A stretch of 64,000 nucleotides of DNA from an uncultured Chitinophagales bacterium (lineage in GTDB: Bacteria > Bacteroidota > Bacteroidia > Chitinophagales > UBA8649), in the NCBI GenBank assembly GCA_964655225.1, contig CAZZMB010000005.1:2919-66918 (forward strand), in the 5' to 3' direction. Position numbers and translations under genes: made by a program. Positions 1-9,556 of this stretch are shown piece after piece (position 1 is the stretch's first letter; the number at the start of each line of letters is the position of its first letter). The notes beneath the pieces were generated by a model that did no database searches, was not told the DNA's origin, and saw nothing but the letters and a program-made list of their open reading frames with translations.

Positions 1-24
1 TCATTAAGTACTAAGGTATAACAA

Positions 25-378
25 ATGCAGAAAAATGAAAATAATCGAGATGGGGGGAGAAGAAAAATGCACTATTCGCCTAATCTATTATCTTGTATAA
101 ATAATTCGATAGACAATCGTGTAATCATCACTATTGAATATGCTTCAAGAGAAAGTGAACAGACGATTCGGCAGGTTGAACCGATGGCTTTAATTTATAA
201 AAATAGAAAAAGAAATCTAGTTGGATGGTGTCATCTAAGAGAGGATTGGCGATCATTTAGATTAGATCGCATCGATATGGTTAAATTGCATGCCACAACT
301 TTTGATAAAAGAAGTGATTTTGATGTTACAGAATTTGAAAAGGATGATGAAACATTTGAAGAACAGCAATCTTCATAA
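25..378 (+). CDS. stand-alone WYL-domain protein (117 aa; a shorter start at Met15 is possible)
   Basis: The core VEPMALIYKNRKRNLVGWCHLREDWRSFRLDRIDMV fits the WYL-domain pattern (R-x-FRLDRI). An in-frame stop at 19-21 shows it is not the tail of a larger gene. The C-terminus is acidic. Confidence 0.6.
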   Translation: MQKNENNRDGGRRKMHYSPNLLSCINNSIDNRVIITIEYASRESEQTIRQVEPMALIYKNRKRNLVGWCHLREDWRSFRLDRIDMVKLHATTFDKRSDFDVTEFEKDDETFEEQQSS

Positions 379-383
379 TACCC

Positions 384-1430
384 CTAAATATTTAATAACT
401 TTTTTGTAGATATTCGGTCGATTTTCCCGTTAGCAGCAGCTTTAAACTGTGAAACAAAAAACACTTGTTTGGGGTGATGATATTTATCCAAATCACCAAA
501 TATTTTTTCGTTTAATTCATGCGATTCTCCTTCAATAATCAAGATTATTTGGTTGTTTAACTGTTTGTGCTTCATGGAACTAATGAAAAATCGTTCTTTT
601 ATAAAAGGTCTTAATTTTGCTTCAATTTGTTCGGGTATAATCTTTGAACCGCCTGATTCAATGGCAAAATCAGATCGACCCAGCCAGAGGAAAGAGCAGG
701 ACGAATTTAACTCGATTAAATCTCTCGTATGAATAGCCTCATCTTGTAATTGCGGAGCATGGACGATCATACATCCGATTGAAGACTGAGAAATGCTTAT
801 ATCAGGTAGGCAGATGTAGTTTTTATCTTCACCTATTTTCCGAAGAGCAAAGTGGCTAATGGTTTCAGTCATGCCAAAACTACTAAATATATTAAGTTGA
901 AGCGCTTCGAGGCTTTTCTCTAAAGCCATAGAAACTTCGCCACCTCCAATCAAAATTTGATCGATATTCTTTATTTTAACGGAAGTTTCTCTTAAGATTG
1001 TGGAAACTTGATAAGGCACAAATGCTGCAAAATTAAATGTTTCGGAGCAATTTATTAAAGGGTTAGCGGAGGGTTCTAAGATGTGTAAATTAAGTTGAGC
1101 ATAAAATGCGCGTACAATCATCATCATTCCTCCAATATGTCTCGGCGACAAACATAACAAGGCGCTGTCACCTTTGGTCAATTCAAAAAAATTGACAGTC
1201 ATTCGGGCACTAACAAGCATTTTTTCTTTGGATAAACGAATCGGCTTCGGCTTTCCTGTGGAACCTGAAGTTTGGACCAGAATATAATCATCCTTATTTA
1301 ACCAAGAAGCTATAAATCTCCAATAGTCATTTTCCCAGTTTTTCCGATTACTTGAATATTGAGATTTTTCAATTAGCTCTTGCTCAGAGTAAGTTTTCCC
1401 AAAGAGGGTTAATGTGTTGAAATTTTCCAT
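384..1430 (-). CDS. menE: AMP-dependent synthetase/ligase, short O-succinylbenzoate-CoA ligase (MenE)-like form
   Basis: It has the AMP-binding signature SGSTGKPKPI and a GMTE motif. The roughly 350-aa length matches the compact MenE-type ligases I recall from Bacteroidota. The substrate cannot be proven from sequence. Confidence 0.55.
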   Translation of the reverse strand: MENFNTLTLFGKTYSEQELIEKSQYSSNRKNWENDYWRFIASWLNKDDYILVQTSGSTGKPKPIRLSKEKMLVSARMTVNFFELTKGDSALLCLSPRHIGGMMMIVRAFYAQLNLHILEPSANPLINCSETFNFAAFVPYQVSTILRETSVKIKNIDQILIGGGEVSMALEKSLEALQLNIFSSFGMTETISHFALRKIGEDKNYICLPDISISQSSIGCMIVHAPQLQDEAIHTRDLIELNSSCSFLWLGRSDFAIESGGSKIIPEQIEAKLRPFIKERFFISSMKHKQLNNQIILIIEGESHELNEKIFGDLDKYHHPKQVFFVSQFKAAANGKIDRISTKKLLNI

Positions 1431-1485
1431 CTTATTTAAGCAACGAAATTACTTATATTTGAATGAATTAAAAACTGGATGGGAT

Positions 1486-1947
1486 ATGAAAAATTTTCTT
1501 AAAATTTTCCTGTTGATTTTTCTTGTTATAAGTTCTTGCAAAGCTAAAAAGGCTATAAGTGAGACAGTGAAGGGCGATGGAACAATACAACTCCATGATA
1601 TAGGGAATAAAATACAATCTTTTCAAATTGGGGAGATAGATGAGCCCGTTAAAGAAGACTTGATGTTTGTCATAAAAGACCTTACCATTTTGGAAAAAAA
1701 GGTTGAAATTAAAGTGCAATACGGTGGTGGTTGTGTAAAACCACATGTTTTTGAATTGTACACTGATGGGGTTTTGGATAATTCGGGGAATATGGATTTT
1801 TACTTATTGCACAAAACTCATAATGATTATTGTAAAGCACTTATTATCGAGGCCTTGGTATTTGACCTAAAGCCATTATATGACTTACAATCTCAAAAAT
1901 TGAAAACAATCAGAATCAACGATTTACGAAAAAACGATATGTATTAA
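1486..1947 (+). CDS. hypothetical lipoprotein
   Basis: Met at 1486 begins a signal peptide with a lipobox (FLVISSC). The tracked ORF extension 1414-1485 overlaps the start of the neighbouring gene and is probably untranslated. The stop overlaps the rnhA start (TAATG). Confidence 0.55.
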   Translation: MKNFLKIFLLIFLVISSCKAKKAISETVKGDGTIQLHDIGNKIQSFQIGEIDEPVKEDLMFVIKDLTILEKKVEIKVQYGGGCVKPHVFELYTDGVLDNSGNMDFYLLHKTHNDYCKALIIEALVFDLKPLYDLQSQKLKTIRINDLRKNDMY

Positions 1948-2408
1948 TGCAGATAATTATTCATACCGATGGTGCGGCCCAAGGTAATCCAGGTAAGGGC
2001 GGTTATGGCGTTGTCCTGCAGTCAGGTAAACATTATAAGGAACTTTCACAAGGCTTTAAATACACGACGAATAATCGTATGGAATTACTAGCAGTAATAG
2101 TGGCACTAGAAGCAATCAAGGATGGTGGCGCTGATGTTTTGGTAGTATCGGATAGTAAGTATGTGGTTGACGCTGTAGAAAAGAAATGGTTGTTTGGCTG
2201 GGAGAAAAAAAACTTTGCAAAAAAGAAAAATCCTGATCTTTGGAAACGTTTTTTAGTAGTTTACCGCAAACATAAGGTTGCCTTGAGATGGATAAAAGGG
2301 CACGCAGGACACCCGTTAAACGAACGTTGTGATGAGTTAGCAGTTCAAGCGGCAAATAGCAGTGATTTAGTGCTTGATGAATATTATGAGCTGCACGAAA
2401 AAGCTTAA
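1947..2408 (+). CDS. rnhA: ribonuclease HI
   Basis: HTDGAAQGNPGKGGYG, NNRMELLAVIVALE, SDSKYVV and HAGHPLNERCDELA match the RNase H DEDD catalytic layout. Length is 153 aa. Confidence 0.9.
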   Translation: MQIIIHTDGAAQGNPGKGGYGVVLQSGKHYKELSQGFKYTTNNRMELLAVIVALEAIKDGGADVLVVSDSKYVVDAVEKKWLFGWEKKNFAKKKNPDLWKRFLVVYRKHKVALRWIKGHAGHPLNERCDELAVQAANSSDLVLDEYYELHEKA

Positions 2409-2542
2409 TTGTTAGCTTTTTCATTAAACTGAAATCCAAGTGGCCTTAACTTGCTTCGATTTAAAGTCTAATGCGGATTGTTTGAATAAGTTATTCGCTT
2501 ACATTTCTTAATAATGTTGTATTTTTATCGTAAATCTTTAAT

Positions 2543-3574
2543 ATGATTAACAGAGGTATACTAATTCTTATTGGCTTGATATTAGCCATGAGCGCATGTA
2601 AAAAAGATGACAAAGAAGTATCCAATAAATTAGATACTTCACAAACTTCAGATTGGATGCAAGATTTAATTGCACAATATCCGAATCAGGCAATTACTTT
2701 GAAGGATATCAGTATGCCTAGGGCACATGATGCTGGTATTTATGAGCTAAACACTTGTACTGCAGGCAATGCATGCAATACCCAAACGCAAGATCAGCCT
2801 ATGGGGACAATGCTTGAGATGGGGATTCGTGTATTCGATGTAAGGCCTAGTCTTATTCAAGGAGAATATTGGACCTACCATCGCAACTCATGTGGAGGGC
2901 TAGGTTGCGAAGGTGTTAGACTGCGAACGTTTTTAGAGGAAACTAGGATGTTTTTGGCTACACATAACGAGCTTGTGATTTTTGAACTGAATAACTTGTG
3001 CAATACCAATAGTGAAGACCCCGGTTTAATTGCCTTGTTTCAAGAAGTACTTGGTTCGAGCCTTTACAGGATATCCACACCATTGGCTGCTTCTTTTATC
3101 AGTACCCCGCTTGATGAAATTATTCCACTTTACAATAATGAGGGAAGAGTGATACTTTTATTTGAAGATTTAGATATTACTAGTGATATTACTGAACAAG
3201 GTATGTTCGGTTATGATTTCATTCCTATTAGTGGGTCATATTCTAATAGTCCTGATGTAGATCTTGTCTTAGCTGATCAACTACAAAAAATACAAAGTTT
3301 CAATCCAGTGTCTAATCGACTTTTCAAATTGAGCTATACGTTTACTTTAGATATTGCTAATGCTGTTGCGTGCCTATCTAACCCAGATTTTGCAAGTTCT
3401 ATTAATGAAATTGCATTGGATGGAAGGGCAAGAATGACTTCAACAATCGATGCTTGGATTGCAAACGGTACAATCACCTCGGATAAGATTCCAAATATAT
3501 TTTCGGTTGACTACTGCAATACCTCGGTGACCATGGAGTGCATAAGGCTCAGTGAGTTAAGCCTCAATGAATAA
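2543..3574 (+). CDS. PI-PLC X-domain-like (PLC-like phosphodiesterase) lipoprotein
   Basis: It has a signal peptide and lipobox (LAMSAC). MPRAHDAG and GIRVFDVRP resemble the catalytic His loop and the beta-strand motif (GIRxFDxR) of bacterial PI-PLC X domains. Confidence 0.5.
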   Translation: MINRGILILIGLILAMSACKKDDKEVSNKLDTSQTSDWMQDLIAQYPNQAITLKDISMPRAHDAGIYELNTCTAGNACNTQTQDQPMGTMLEMGIRVFDVRPSLIQGEYWTYHRNSCGGLGCEGVRLRTFLEETRMFLATHNELVIFELNNLCNTNSEDPGLIALFQEVLGSSLYRISTPLAASFISTPLDEIIPLYNNEGRVILLFEDLDITSDITEQGMFGYDFIPISGSYSNSPDVDLVLADQLQKIQSFNPVSNRLFKLSYTFTLDIANAVACLSNPDFASSINEIALDGRARMTSTIDAWIANGTITSDKIPNIFSVDYCNTSVTMECIRLSELSLNE

Positions 3575-3615
3575 TCGTATTAGATATGGGAGAAGTATAA
3601 CTTTATTTGGATATT

Positions 3616-5043
3616 ATGGCTAAGAAGCTTTTCAGGAATTTATTTTTACTAGTTTTCGTAAATCTTCTGGTTAAACCGCTTTGGATTTTTGGTATTGATT
3701 TACAAGTGCAAAACACTGTAGGAGCGGAGAATTATGGGTTTTACTTTGTAGTGTTTAATTTTTCTTTTCTGTTTCACATCATCCTAGATCTTGGCCTCCA
3801 CCAATTCAACAATAAAGAGGTAGCGAAAAACCCTAGCTTATTGCCTTCTTTATTCGGAAAGCTATTTGCATTAAAAGGTATAATGGCCATTCTTTACTTT
3901 GCGTTCACTTTTTGTTTAGCGCTAGTATTAGGATACTCTTTTCTGCAGAAAAAAATGCTTTTTTTTCTTGCTATAAACCAGTTACTCTTATCTTTTATTC
4001 TGTTTAGTAGAAGTAATTTTACCGCGATGCAATGGTATAAATGGGATGCTTTCTTTTCTGTTTTTGATAGGGTCCTGAGTATATTTTTCTGTGTATTGTT
4101 ATTGTATACTTCTTGGTTTGGTGTTTTTGAGATAATTGACTTTATCTATGCGCAAACCATTGCGCTAACTATCTGTGCGGTTCTGTCCTTGTCTGTCGTA
4201 GCTTGGAAAGGAGAAGTTCTTTTCCCACGCCTTGATAAGAATGTTTTAGTGCCATTATTAAAACGGTCTTTACCATACGCAGTGGTGGTGTTACTCATGA
4301 CAATTTACACACGAATTGATGCTGTAATGTTGGAAAAACTTTTAGCGGATACAGGAAATATTCAAGCTGGCGTATATGCAGCGGCTTACCGAATCCTAGA
4401 TGCAGTAAATATGGTTCCATTTCTGTTAGCCTCTTTACTTATTCCCTTTTTTACGCGTAAGTTATCTGCCCAGGAACCTTTTGGGGAGGTGCTATGGACA
4501 GCATTTTCACTAATGATATTTTTAGCAGTTCCTTTATTGTTTGTGATCAGGTTCTTTCATCCAGAAATAATACATTTGCTATACCAAGAGGGTGATTCGA
4601 CATGGTATGTATCTTTTCAAATCCTACTCTATACTTTTCCTATGGTATTTATAAGTTATATTTTTGGTGGATTTCTTACCGCTGCAGGTCACCTAAAATG
4701 GATCAGTATTTTTGCTTTGTTTACAATTGTATTAAATGTCGCATTAAATTATTGGCGCATTCCTACTCACGGAGCAATTGGAGCTGCTCAAGCAACATTT
4801 TTCTCACAGACCCTGATGGCTATATGCCAGATGGTATATGTATTGAAACACTGGAACACTGGATTTGAGGTAAAAATCGTATACCGCAGTGCAGCATATA
4901 TACTGGTTCTGGGACTTTCTTTGTTCCTGATTAATGACATGGAGATACTTTGGTTTTTCAAAATTGCCATCTTTATACTCTTAGCTGTAATTTTGTCCTT
5001 AATTTTACGTTTACTTAATATTCAAAAACTTAATGTTCTTTAG
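3616..5043 (+). CDS. polysaccharide flippase (MOP/Wzx family)
   Basis: About 475 aa with roughly 12-14 hydrophobic helices and typical Wzx topology. An ATG at 3616 is preferred over the TTG at 3607. Wzz-like and O-antigen-ligase-like genes lie adjacent. Confidence 0.7.
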   Translation: MAKKLFRNLFLLVFVNLLVKPLWIFGIDLQVQNTVGAENYGFYFVVFNFSFLFHIILDLGLHQFNNKEVAKNPSLLPSLFGKLFALKGIMAILYFAFTFCLALVLGYSFLQKKMLFFLAINQLLLSFILFSRSNFTAMQWYKWDAFFSVFDRVLSIFFCVLLLYTSWFGVFEIIDFIYAQTIALTICAVLSLSVVAWKGEVLFPRLDKNVLVPLLKRSLPYAVVVLLMTIYTRIDAVMLEKLLADTGNIQAGVYAAAYRILDAVNMVPFLLASLLIPFFTRKLSAQEPFGEVLWTAFSLMIFLAVPLLFVIRFFHPEIIHLLYQEGDSTWYVSFQILLYTFPMVFISYIFGGFLTAAGHLKWISIFALFTIVLNVALNYWRIPTHGAIGAAQATFFSQTLMAICQMVYVLKHWNTGFEVKIVYRSAAYILVLGLSLFLINDMEILWFFKIAIFILLAVILSLILRLLNIQKLNVL

Positions 5044-5061
5044 ACCTAAATCTATTTTTGT

Positions 5062-5946
5062 ATGAATGCTGAATTTAATTTGATAAGTGTAATAAAAACA
5101 TTGTTGAAGTGGAAGTGGCACATTACTGTGCTGACGCTTTTAGCAGCTATTGGATCAATAATTACGAGTGTATTTATTATGAAGCCTTACTATCAAAGTT
5201 TTGCTATTGTTTATCCTGTCAACCAAAGTATGGGAGATAGAGGAGCATTGTTCGGAAGTGAATCTGTGGATGCGGAGGATTATTATTATGGTTCAAAACA
5301 TGATGCAAACAGGATTATTACCGTAGCTACTTCATCTACGTTGGTTCAATACATAATCAATAAATATGATATTGTTAGCCATTATGATTATAAAGGCAAA
5401 AAGTATGAAGCTAGTAATACGACAGAAGAGTTTATGGAAAACTACCAAGTCTACAAAACCGATAAAGATGCGATTCGAATAAATTTAATCGATACAGATC
5501 CAAAATTGGCCGCTGAAATAGTGAATGATGTGGTAGCAACTATCGCAAATGAAACTACTCGTCCTATAGAAGCGAATAAGAGACAACTTGCTGAATTATT
5601 TGATAATCAAGCTAATCAAAAGAAAAGAGCTCTTGATTCTTTACTTCAAGTATTATTGAGTGTTAAACCCAAAGATGTATCATACGATCTATACAAGTCA
5701 CAGTATGACAATGCAATGGAGGATTTTAATGAAATGACTGCATTGGCTGAGCAATATGAGTTAGCAAGCAATCAAAAAATGGCCGGTATAGAAATAATTG
5801 AAAATGCTTATCCAGCAGAACGCAAGTTAAAACCGGTTCGTTCAAAAATCTGCCTTGCTACGACTATTTTAGGCTTTATTTTAGCTTGTCTAGGGGCTTT
5901 AGGGATTGAGCAGATAAATGATATCAAAGATGAACTAGATAAATAA
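5062..5946 (+). CDS. polysaccharide co-polymerase / chain-length determinant (Wzz-like)
   Basis: It has one N-terminal and one C-terminal TM helix flanking a coiled, charged periplasmic region. It sits between the flippase and the ligase/polymerase-like gene. Confidence 0.55.
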   Translation: MNAEFNLISVIKTLLKWKWHITVLTLLAAIGSIITSVFIMKPYYQSFAIVYPVNQSMGDRGALFGSESVDAEDYYYGSKHDANRIITVATSSTLVQYIINKYDIVSHYDYKGKKYEASNTTEEFMENYQVYKTDKDAIRINLIDTDPKLAAEIVNDVVATIANETTRPIEANKRQLAELFDNQANQKKRALDSLLQVLLSVKPKDVSYDLYKSQYDNAMEDFNEMTALAEQYELASNQKMAGIEIIENAYPAERKLKPVRSKICLATTILGFILACLGALGIEQINDIKDELDK

Positions 5947-5950
5947 TAGT

Positions 5951-7402
5951 TTGAAACCATTGACGTCCATTAGATTGCAAGATTATATTCTTTATTACTC
6001 CTACGGGGTAATAAGTGTGCTTAGTCTGTTAATGGGGTTTTATTTTGAGGAAAAAGTTCTTTTAGCGCTTCCTTTAATCATTCCTATTGTTATATGGGCT
6101 GTACTAAATTTCAAGATACTGTACTTTTTTTTGTTAGCTCTTATTCCGTTATCCATAGAATTTGACGTCACTGAAAGCATAGCCACTGACCTACCTACAG
6201 AACCCTTAATGGTGGGATTTTTGTTAATTGCACTTTTCTATTTGATTCGAAATGCACGAAAAGTAGATTTTTCTTTTTTTAGTAATCCGCTTATGTTGTT
6301 GCTTATTTTGCATCTTGTTTGGCTAATAATAGCTAGTATTTTTTCAACAGTTCCCTTATTTTCATTTAAATTCATATTGGCTAAATGCTGGTATGTCAGT
6401 ACCTTTCTGTTAGTAACGTCATTAGTGATTCAGCGGATAGATGATGTGAAAAAAGCGTTTTGGTTCATTTTTATTCCATTGAGTGCTACAGTTTTTCTAG
6501 CATTAGTGCGTCATGCGCTAGTTAGTTTTGACTTTAGCTTAATCAATTCTGTTTTAAGACCTTTTTATCGAAATCATGTGAATTATGCAGCTATTCTAGC
6601 AGTATTTTTGCCTTTTGTGGTGTATGCCAGAACATGGTATCCAAAGTATAGTACAAAGTATAATTTGCTCGTATTTAGTGTGTTGATTTACTTGGTGGCC
6701 ATTTATTTTTCATACACAAGGGCCTGTTACTTGGCTGTATTAGCTATGCTAGGTGCTTTTGCTATTTTTCGTTTAAGAAGGGCAAAGCTGGCTATTATTG
6801 TTGCTTTAATAGCTGCAGTGTTTGCAGGAAAGTATATCACCGACCAAAATCATTACCTCGCATATACTCCATCTACGAATACAGTTTCTCAGCATGAGTT
6901 TGGGGATTTAATAGATGCTACATTTAAGGCAGAAGATGTGAGTAGTATGGAGCGGATATATCGTTGGATTGCTGCTGTTCATATGATAGGAGATCGTCCC
7001 ATTGTTGGTTTTGGACCCAATGGTTTTGTAGAAAATTACAAGAACTATACAGTTTTTGTTTTTGAAACTTGGATTAGCGACAATCAAGAAAGGAGTGGTG
7101 TACATAATTACTTTCTTATGACGGCCGTTGAGCAGGGTTTGATTGGCTTAGGAATCTTTGTCTCTCTAATTATTTCGTTTTTTGTTTGGGGAGAGAAAAT
7201 CTTGCATCAACAAGTTGGTAACCATAAACTTTTAGCTCAAGCTGTCTTGCTTTCGATGATAGCAATAGTGGTTAATTTACTTTTCAGCGACATGATTGAA
7301 GTAGACAAAACTGGCTCGTTTTTCTTCTTTAATATGGCGTTGATAGTTTTATTGAGCAGAAACTTTAAGGGGCTTATTCCTCCAGCGAATCAAAGTGTTT
7401 AA
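5951..7402 (+). CDS. O-antigen ligase/polymerase family membrane protein (Wzy_C-like)
   Basis: Polytopic membrane protein with one large loop (about YTPSTNTV...GFGPNGF) after the FSYTRACYLAV helix, as in the O-antigen ligase family. The TTG start at 5951 is uncertain. Confidence 0.65.
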   Translation: MKPLTSIRLQDYILYYSYGVISVLSLLMGFYFEEKVLLALPLIIPIVIWAVLNFKILYFFLLALIPLSIEFDVTESIATDLPTEPLMVGFLLIALFYLIRNARKVDFSFFSNPLMLLLILHLVWLIIASIFSTVPLFSFKFILAKCWYVSTFLLVTSLVIQRIDDVKKAFWFIFIPLSATVFLALVRHALVSFDFSLINSVLRPFYRNHVNYAAILAVFLPFVVYARTWYPKYSTKYNLLVFSVLIYLVAIYFSYTRACYLAVLAMLGAFAIFRLRRAKLAIIVALIAAVFAGKYITDQNHYLAYTPSTNTVSQHEFGDLIDATFKAEDVSSMERIYRWIAAVHMIGDRPIVGFGPNGFVENYKNYTVFVFETWISDNQERSGVHNYFLMTAVEQGLIGLGIFVSLIISFFVWGEKILHQQVGNHKLLAQAVLLSMIAIVVNLLFSDMIEVDKTGSFFFFNMALIVLLSRNFKGLIPPANQSV

Positions 7403-7512
7403 AAGAGCGTACTAAAGTCTTTCTTCTATCCGTCTTGTAATGCGTGGTCGAGAGATAAACTTAAGATTATCGGAACAATAAAAGTGAACTTAAACTTTTC
7501 TAGAACTCTAAT

Positions 7513-9297
7513 TTAAAAAGGGTAGCCGTCTTTAGCGCAGGCGTATTCCGCTATTTCACGTCTCAATGCTTTTGCATTAATATTGTATCGTTTAGTCAAT
7601 AGTCCTAATAGATATCTCATCATTTTTTTATTCATACCATCAGCGTAGGCATCAATAATTTCGTTTCCTGCCTTTCGCACAGTATCCAATGCTTCATACA
7701 GATATACTTTAACTATTTTGTCCATAATTTTTATGGATTCTGGATCGGATAGCTTTTTAGTTTTTAGTTTTTCAAGCCTTAAATAAGCCGCTTCTGCAAG
7801 GAATCCTTCTGCCAAAATATCGGCTAAATTCATTACTATTTCTTGCTCGTCCACAAGTTTTTTTCCAAGTTTTTTCCCTGTGGCTCCAGATATTAACAGG
7901 AAACATGCTTTGATGTTTTCAATAATACGTGCTTCATTGTTAGAAGAAAATGGTAAGGCTTGTTTGAACAATAGTCTTGGCACATTTTTACCTGCTTTTG
8001 TAAGGTTAATCTCTTTACCCTTTAGGTGTCTTTTGGTTAATTCAGCAACGGATAACATTCGATTAATTTCATTGGTCCCCTCATAAATACGGGTAATTCG
8101 AGCATCTCGATATCCCATTTCAATGCCGGTTTCCATGCTATAACCCATCCCCCCATGAATTTGCAAGGTTTCATCCAATACGAAATCTGCATTTTCTGAC
8201 CCTTTGACTTTAAGAATAGCGCATTCCACAGCAAACTCCCGCAAGGCTTTAATTTTTGCTTTACCGTCTTCCAAACCTGCAGCTTTGAATTCGGTAGTTT
8301 TGATGTCGATGTTTCGACCTACCTGGTATATTGCAGAATCAGCAGCAAAGGTATGCACGACCATCTTGGCAATTTTATTTTTTATTGCCCCAAACTCAGC
8401 GATGGAAGTATTAAACTGCTTTCGTTCTTTAGCATAGGCGACAGACTTATCGATTGAGAACTTACAACCTCCAGTTGTACCTGCTGCCAACTTAATTCTC
8501 CCTGAGTTAAGTATATTAAGTGCAATTTTGAACCCTTCTTCCCGTTTTGCTAATAGGTTTTCTGCGGGGACGGGACACTCGTTAAAGAAGACTTGGACTG
8601 TGGAGGAACCTTTAATTCCCATTTTTTTCTCCTCAGCGCCTAACGTAATACCTCCAAAATCCTTCTCAACAATAAATGCAGATAGTTTCTTGTCATCATC
8701 AATTTTAGCAAATACGATAAACAAGTCAGCAAAACCACCATTGGTAATCCACATTTTTTGGCCATTCAGCATGTAATGGGTTCCTGCCTCATTTAAAACA
8801 GCTCTAGTTTTTCCAGAATTGGCATCACTTCCTGCATTGGGCTCCGTAAGGCAATATGAGGCTTTAAGCGCTGCACTTGCCACACCAGGTAGGTATTTAT
8901 CCTTTTGTGCTTCATTACCATAGTATACAATAGGCAAGGAACCAATCGAAGTTTGACAGCCTATAGTCGTCGCAAATGAAAAGCCTTGAGCACCAGCTTC
9001 TGCAAAAATTAATCCTGTATTGAAGTCTAAATCAATTCCGCCATGCTTTTCAGCGATTGCGACACCACACAGGCCCAAATCTGCTGATTTTTCTAGTAGC
9101 TTTGCGACTTCAGCACGATCCTCATCATTGGTTGCATATAGCTCTCTTCCTCTTTTTAACATGGGTTCCTGAATCTCTGTCACACAGAAATCAGTGACCA
9201 TTTGCTTAATCATTTTTTGCTCTTCTGTAAACTCTTCAGGAACAAATATTTCATTTGGATTTCCTGCTTTTTCAATAAATGAACAACCTTTTACCAT
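7513..9297 (-). CDS. long-form acyl-CoA dehydrogenase
   Basis: CLTEPNAGSDA, KMWITNGG and LQIHGGMGY are ACAD signatures. The extra C-terminal helical domain is typical of roughly 590-aa FadE-like enzymes. Confidence 0.9.
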   Translation of the reverse strand: MVKGCSFIEKAGNPNEIFVPEEFTEEQKMIKQMVTDFCVTEIQEPMLKRGRELYATNDEDRAEVAKLLEKSADLGLCGVAIAEKHGGIDLDFNTGLIFAEAGAQGFSFATTIGCQTSIGSLPIVYYGNEAQKDKYLPGVASAALKASYCLTEPNAGSDANSGKTRAVLNEAGTHYMLNGQKMWITNGGFADLFIVFAKIDDDKKLSAFIVEKDFGGITLGAEEKKMGIKGSSTVQVFFNECPVPAENLLAKREEGFKIALNILNSGRIKLAAGTTGGCKFSIDKSVAYAKERKQFNTSIAEFGAIKNKIAKMVVHTFAADSAIYQVGRNIDIKTTEFKAAGLEDGKAKIKALREFAVECAILKVKGSENADFVLDETLQIHGGMGYSMETGIEMGYRDARITRIYEGTNEINRMLSVAELTKRHLKGKEINLTKAGKNVPRLLFKQALPFSSNNEARIIENIKACFLLISGATGKKLGKKLVDEQEIVMNLADILAEGFLAEAAYLRLEKLKTKKLSDPESIKIMDKIVKVYLYEALDTVRKAGNEIIDAYADGMNKKMMRYLLGLLTKRYNINAKALRREIAEYACAKDGYPF

Positions 9298-9326
9298 TTT
9301 GTTTTATTTTACCTATCAAAGATAAG

Positions 9327-9357
9327 TAAAAAAAAGCAATGCACGCATTGCTTTTTT
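9327..9357. terminator. bidirectional terminator-like hairpin in a divergent intergenic region
   Basis: An A9 run, the stem GCAATG/CATTGC (loop CACG) and a T6 run. It lies about 35 nt upstream of the acyl-CoA dehydrogenase start codon. Confidence 0.5.
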
Positions 9358-9477
9358 GTTTTTCATGATTACCTTATCTAGCTTAATTAATTTACATAGT
9401 GCTAACTTCGTATTACTTACTTATTGGCCTTAAAATATACGATAACTTTACATAGCTTGCAATCGAGCAAACTTTCT

Positions 9478-9485
9478 TACTTTTG
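9478..9485 (+). promoter_or_regulatory. -7 promoter box TACTTTTG upstream of the TonB-dependent receptor gene
   Basis: An exact TAnnTTTG match lies about 70 nt upstream of the GTG start at 9557. Confidence 0.4.
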
Positions 9486-9556
9486 TCTGATGAATTTTAA
9501 TGGAGACATAGTTAGTTCTCCAGTTCTAGTCTAAATAATAAACATTAATTATCCGC

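Noticed and set aside
9360-9556. Riboswitch (for example cobalamin or TPP) in front of the TonB-dependent receptor
   Set aside because: No B12 box (GCCACTG-like), no TPP CUGAGA motif and no other recognisable riboswitch core is visible. The likely -7 box at 9478-9485 leaves only a leader of about 65 nt.
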